From assembly GCF_009914755.1 (NCBI RefSeq), contig NC_060928.1: a stretch of DNA of 64,000 nucleotides. One strand, given 5' to 3'. Shown here in pieces: positions 60,650 through 64,000 of the stretch (position 1 is the stretch's first letter; every line of letters begins with the position of its first letter). Source of the DNA: the human T2T-CHM13v2.0 reference genome, Homo sapiens. The translations under genes and the position numbers were made by a program. The notes under the pieces are model-generated. The model did no database searches, was not told where the DNA came from, and saw only the letters and a list, made by a program, of their open reading frames with translations.

Positions 60650-62364
60650 GACACAAGGTCTCCCTCTGTCGCCCATGCTTGAGTGCAGTGGCACAATCTT
60701 GGCTCACTGCAGCCTCGATCTCCCAGGCTCAAGCAATCTTCCTACCTCAGTCCCCAAGTAGCTGGGACGACAGGCACCCACCACCACACCTGGCTAATTT
60801 TTGTATTTTTTGTAAAAACGGGTTTTGCCATGTTGCCCAGGCTAGTCTCAAACTCCTGAGCTCAAGCGACTCACCCATCTCGGCCTCTCAAAGTACTAGA
60901 ATTACAGGCATGAACCACTGCACCTGGCCAGAAGTGCTTTAAAGATACTAAAATATAAATATGTTTTTCCTTTAAAAATAATAAATAAAATAAATACCAA
61001 TACATTATTAATGTGACATCACAATTGATTATAAGGTTTTTTTCTTACTCAATGTTTTGAAAATTTATTTTTTAGGCCATCAAAATTGTACTGTAGCAAA
61101 ATTATTTTCATTCTGAATAGCTGTAAATGGCATTAGTAGCTCTACACACAGACAAGGTTGCAAGCAATTTTTGTTAACTTTTAAGTTTGACAAGGATTTT
61201 TCTTCTTATGCAACTGTTACTGGAGCTGTTAAGAATATTTTAGAAGCTATGACAACATTTGGGATAAATTTCAATAAATTATTTCAAAATACAAATTTTA
61301 GTATGTCTAGAGTTGATGAGTCTCATGGAACAATTTTAATACAAAGACTTAACTCTTCATATGAGTCAGTTTTGTGTAAGTCTGAATTTTAAGTGTAAAT
61401 TTATTCAATGACATTTTGATGTTTCTTCTGACATTTGCTGAAAATTGTGGAGATCGTACAAGAAATTGAAAGTAGCCTCATGATTTGTATATAATTTTAA
61501 GTGCCTGTTTATACATTCTATAACTCTATTTTCAACTTCAAGGGAAATTTTCATTTTATTTTATCTTCCTCATTAATAATTGGTCCATCTGAAGTTCACG
61601 TGAAAATAACGTTCTTTTCCACTGAGAATGTGAAATGTAACTTGTTTCTAAGCTTGTGGATATTCATTTTGCAATGTTTCAGCATTTAAATCCAAAGATT
61701 CTAAAATCTTTAAAGAGCTCTAATAATTCCTTGATAAATGCTTTATTGCAATGTTCATGTGTATGACTTTATTTTGTAATAATCTACTAATAACGTCTAC
61801 TTCCTGATGTTGCCAAGCAGTTTCTGTCCCAAGGTTCAGGCTAAAGCGTTAATATTTGTGTAGATGCCACAGAGACGGACTTTGGGGACAAACAGCCAGG
61901 CTGGCCTCACAGGGGTACCAGTGCTGCCCCCCTATAGAGCTCCTCCTTCCCCGCTTGTCCTTGGCCGCTGCTACCATACCTGCTGCTTCTGCTGTTGCCA
62001 ATCTGTGCCCAGGCACTGGCCCGGCCACCTTGTTGCCCTGTAATTACCAGCTGAAGACTCCATTTCCCAGTCCTGTTTGTAACTAGGTGTGGCACAAGCA
62101 TGGGCTTTGGGTAGCCAGGCTAATTATCCCACATGCATGCTGCCTATGTGCCCCTGATGCACACGCTATACCATCTAGTCTATCCCCACTGCTCACACGC
62201 ATGATCTATTACCCATCAAACTTACCTGCAAAATGCAAGTTTAAGGACAAAGTTATTAAGAATTTTAAGGCAGTGACAACAGAGCATTAAACCAAATGCT
62301 GATCCCTTCTGAGAGTAGGGTCCTGTGCCCCTGCAGAAGTCACCCACCCATGAAGGCAGCCCTG
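60591..62364 (-). mobile_element. MER45R-like hAT-Tip100 DNA transposon with transposase relic, interrupted by an Alu
   Basis: TIRs CAGGGCTGGC / GGCAGCCCTG; degenerate 8-bp TSD ccttcagc / ccctcaga; MER45-type end GGTTTAATGCTCTGTTGTCACTGCCTTAAAATTCTTAATAA on minus; hATC-like peptide at about 61175-61268. Confidence 0.82.
60617..60929 (-). mobile_element. AluJ with (TTTA)n tail
   Basis: GCAGCCTCGATCTCCCAGGCTCAAGC, TTTTTGTA..GGTTTTGCCATGTTGCCCAGG. Confidence 0.92.
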
Positions 62365-62587
62365 CCCTCAGACTTTGAAGAACAAAGAATGTCAAGGAGG
62401 GTAGTGGGATGAAAGCTTGAGAGAAGTCCCCTAAGAAGTCCCACTGGCAGGGGTCTCAGCATCCCAGTACCCCTCAAACCTGACCCCTTGATCACTGTAC
62501 CCATCTTCCACCCACATCTCTCCTGCCACACCCACCAAAGTCCATCCTGCAGGAGCCACTCTATAGACAAGGGAGCCATGACTATAA

Positions 62588-63050
62588 TGTGGCAGGGACT
62601 GCCGGTTGTCATCAGAATGCACTCCCCGCGTTTTTCACAGTAATGGAGTTTAAGATGCCTCCATGTACCCAGCCAAAGACTACATTTCCCAGTTCCCTTT
62701 GTGATAGGTGCAGCCATGTTACTAAGGTCTCTCCAACAGAATGGGAGCAAGTCATTCTTCTACTTCACCTCCTTCAAAGAGACGTGCTGCCATGTACTTC
62801 CTCTCTGTACCATTCCACAAGCTGGAACACAGATACAGGGCTCAGCCAGCTGCAACCACACAGGTGAAGACCATAGTCTAGGGATTGGTGAAGCAAGAAA
62901 TAGATGGAGCCCAAGTCTTTGGATAATTTCATGGGGTAAGCCTGACTTGGCAAACTGAAAAGCTCACCTTGGATCTCTTGCTTAAAAGAGAAAAAAAAGT
63001 TTTATTTAAGCCACTCTATTTTGGGATCTCTATTGTTATGGCAGCTTAGT
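62588..63050 (+). mobile_element. Ancient MLT1 (H-J-like) LTR
   Basis: TGTGGCAGGGACTG ... ACTACATTTCCCAG ... TTTAAGCCACTCTATTTTGGGATCTCTATTGTTATGGCAGC. Confidence 0.7.
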
Positions 63051-63624
63051 ATTTGCATAATTTGAATCTGGAGAGGGTTCATTCCCATTGTTGATCTATT
63101 CATTGAGCAGGTCTGAAAATAAGGTCAAGCCCCTGGTATGAGAGTAAGGTCCCTGGGAAGAAGGTGGGTGGGTTCTTCACATCACAATGAGAACTCTGAA
63201 AGCACTTTCCCACAAAGGCATTCATTTACTCACGTTAGCTATAAACGTGACAGACTTCAGCAATCCAGTCCAGCCTAGGGCTGTACCTACAACATTGCTA
63301 CTACGAGAAAGCAGCTTTCATATCTGAAATAACCAATTTGTAAATATAACTTTGAAATGCAGCCAATTTATTAGCTGAAATCTTCCTGGAATTCTGTACC
63401 TACATCATAGAACTGTAGTGAAGATTAATTGAGATAATATATGTTAACAATTAAGCATAGCATCTGATACCAAATGAGCTTTCAATCAATTTGATCTTTT
63501 TATTATTACTGACATTATTAAACCGGCATCATAATATAGTCATAATTAACATAATATAGTCATAATATGACACATTATCATGATATATATGATAATATAA
63601 TGTCATATATATTGACATCATTTA

Positions 63625-63919
63625 ATTATTTTTATTTTGAGACAGGATCATGCTCTGTAGCCCAGCCTGGAGTTAAGTGGGACACTCTCCACTCACTGCA
63701 AACTCTGCCTCCCAGGCTCAAGTGATCCTCCTGCCTCAGTTTCCCAAGTAGTTAGGACTACAGGTGTGCATCACCATGCCTGGTTAATTTTTGTATTTTT
63801 TGTAGAGACAGGGTTTCCCCATGTTGCCCAGGCTGGTCTTGAACTCCTGGGCTCAAACAGTCCACTCTCCTTGGCCTCCCAAAGTGCTATGATTTCAGGA
63901 GTGAGCCACTGCACCCGGC
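63625..63919 (-). mobile_element. AluJ-like
   Basis: Reverse Alu; TSD TGACATCATTTA at 63613-63624 and 63920-63931. Confidence 0.92.
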
Positions 63920-64000
63920 TGACATCATTTATTTTAAGGAAGTATATGGCAACAGGCTTGGGGAAACAATCCTTCCTCCCCTGGCTGCCACACAGAGAGG

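Overview
Human (or great-ape) genomic DNA lying inside the CORIN gene (pro-ANP convertase, type II transmembrane serine protease), which is transcribed on the minus strand. Eight coding exons can be read directly with GT-AG boundaries. By recall they are exons 6-13, about residues 267-615: LDL-receptor class A repeats 1-5, frizzled domain 2 and LDLRA 6. The introns contain a full-length RPL15 processed pseudogene with 19-bp TSDs and one frameshift, a hairpin matching MIR8053 on the + strand, and a nested stack of L1MA > MST provirus > AluY. They also hold a hAT (MER45R-like) DNA transposon with a readable transposase relic and many Alu, MaLR, MIR, L2, MER20, MER44 and Tigger3 elements. Most ORF-track entries are repeat-derived or spurious. 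I see no clearly new biological system. The best leads are hypotheses: a phase-1 exon block with inverted Alus (stop-free circRNA ORF); a weak exon-12 donor with an immediate stop upstream of a sense MST LTR (truncated or LTR-driven corin isoforms); a near-perfect 171-bp tandem duplication; and a cluster of fold-back palindromes. Repeat subfamily names and residue numbering come from memory of consensus sequences, not from a search.
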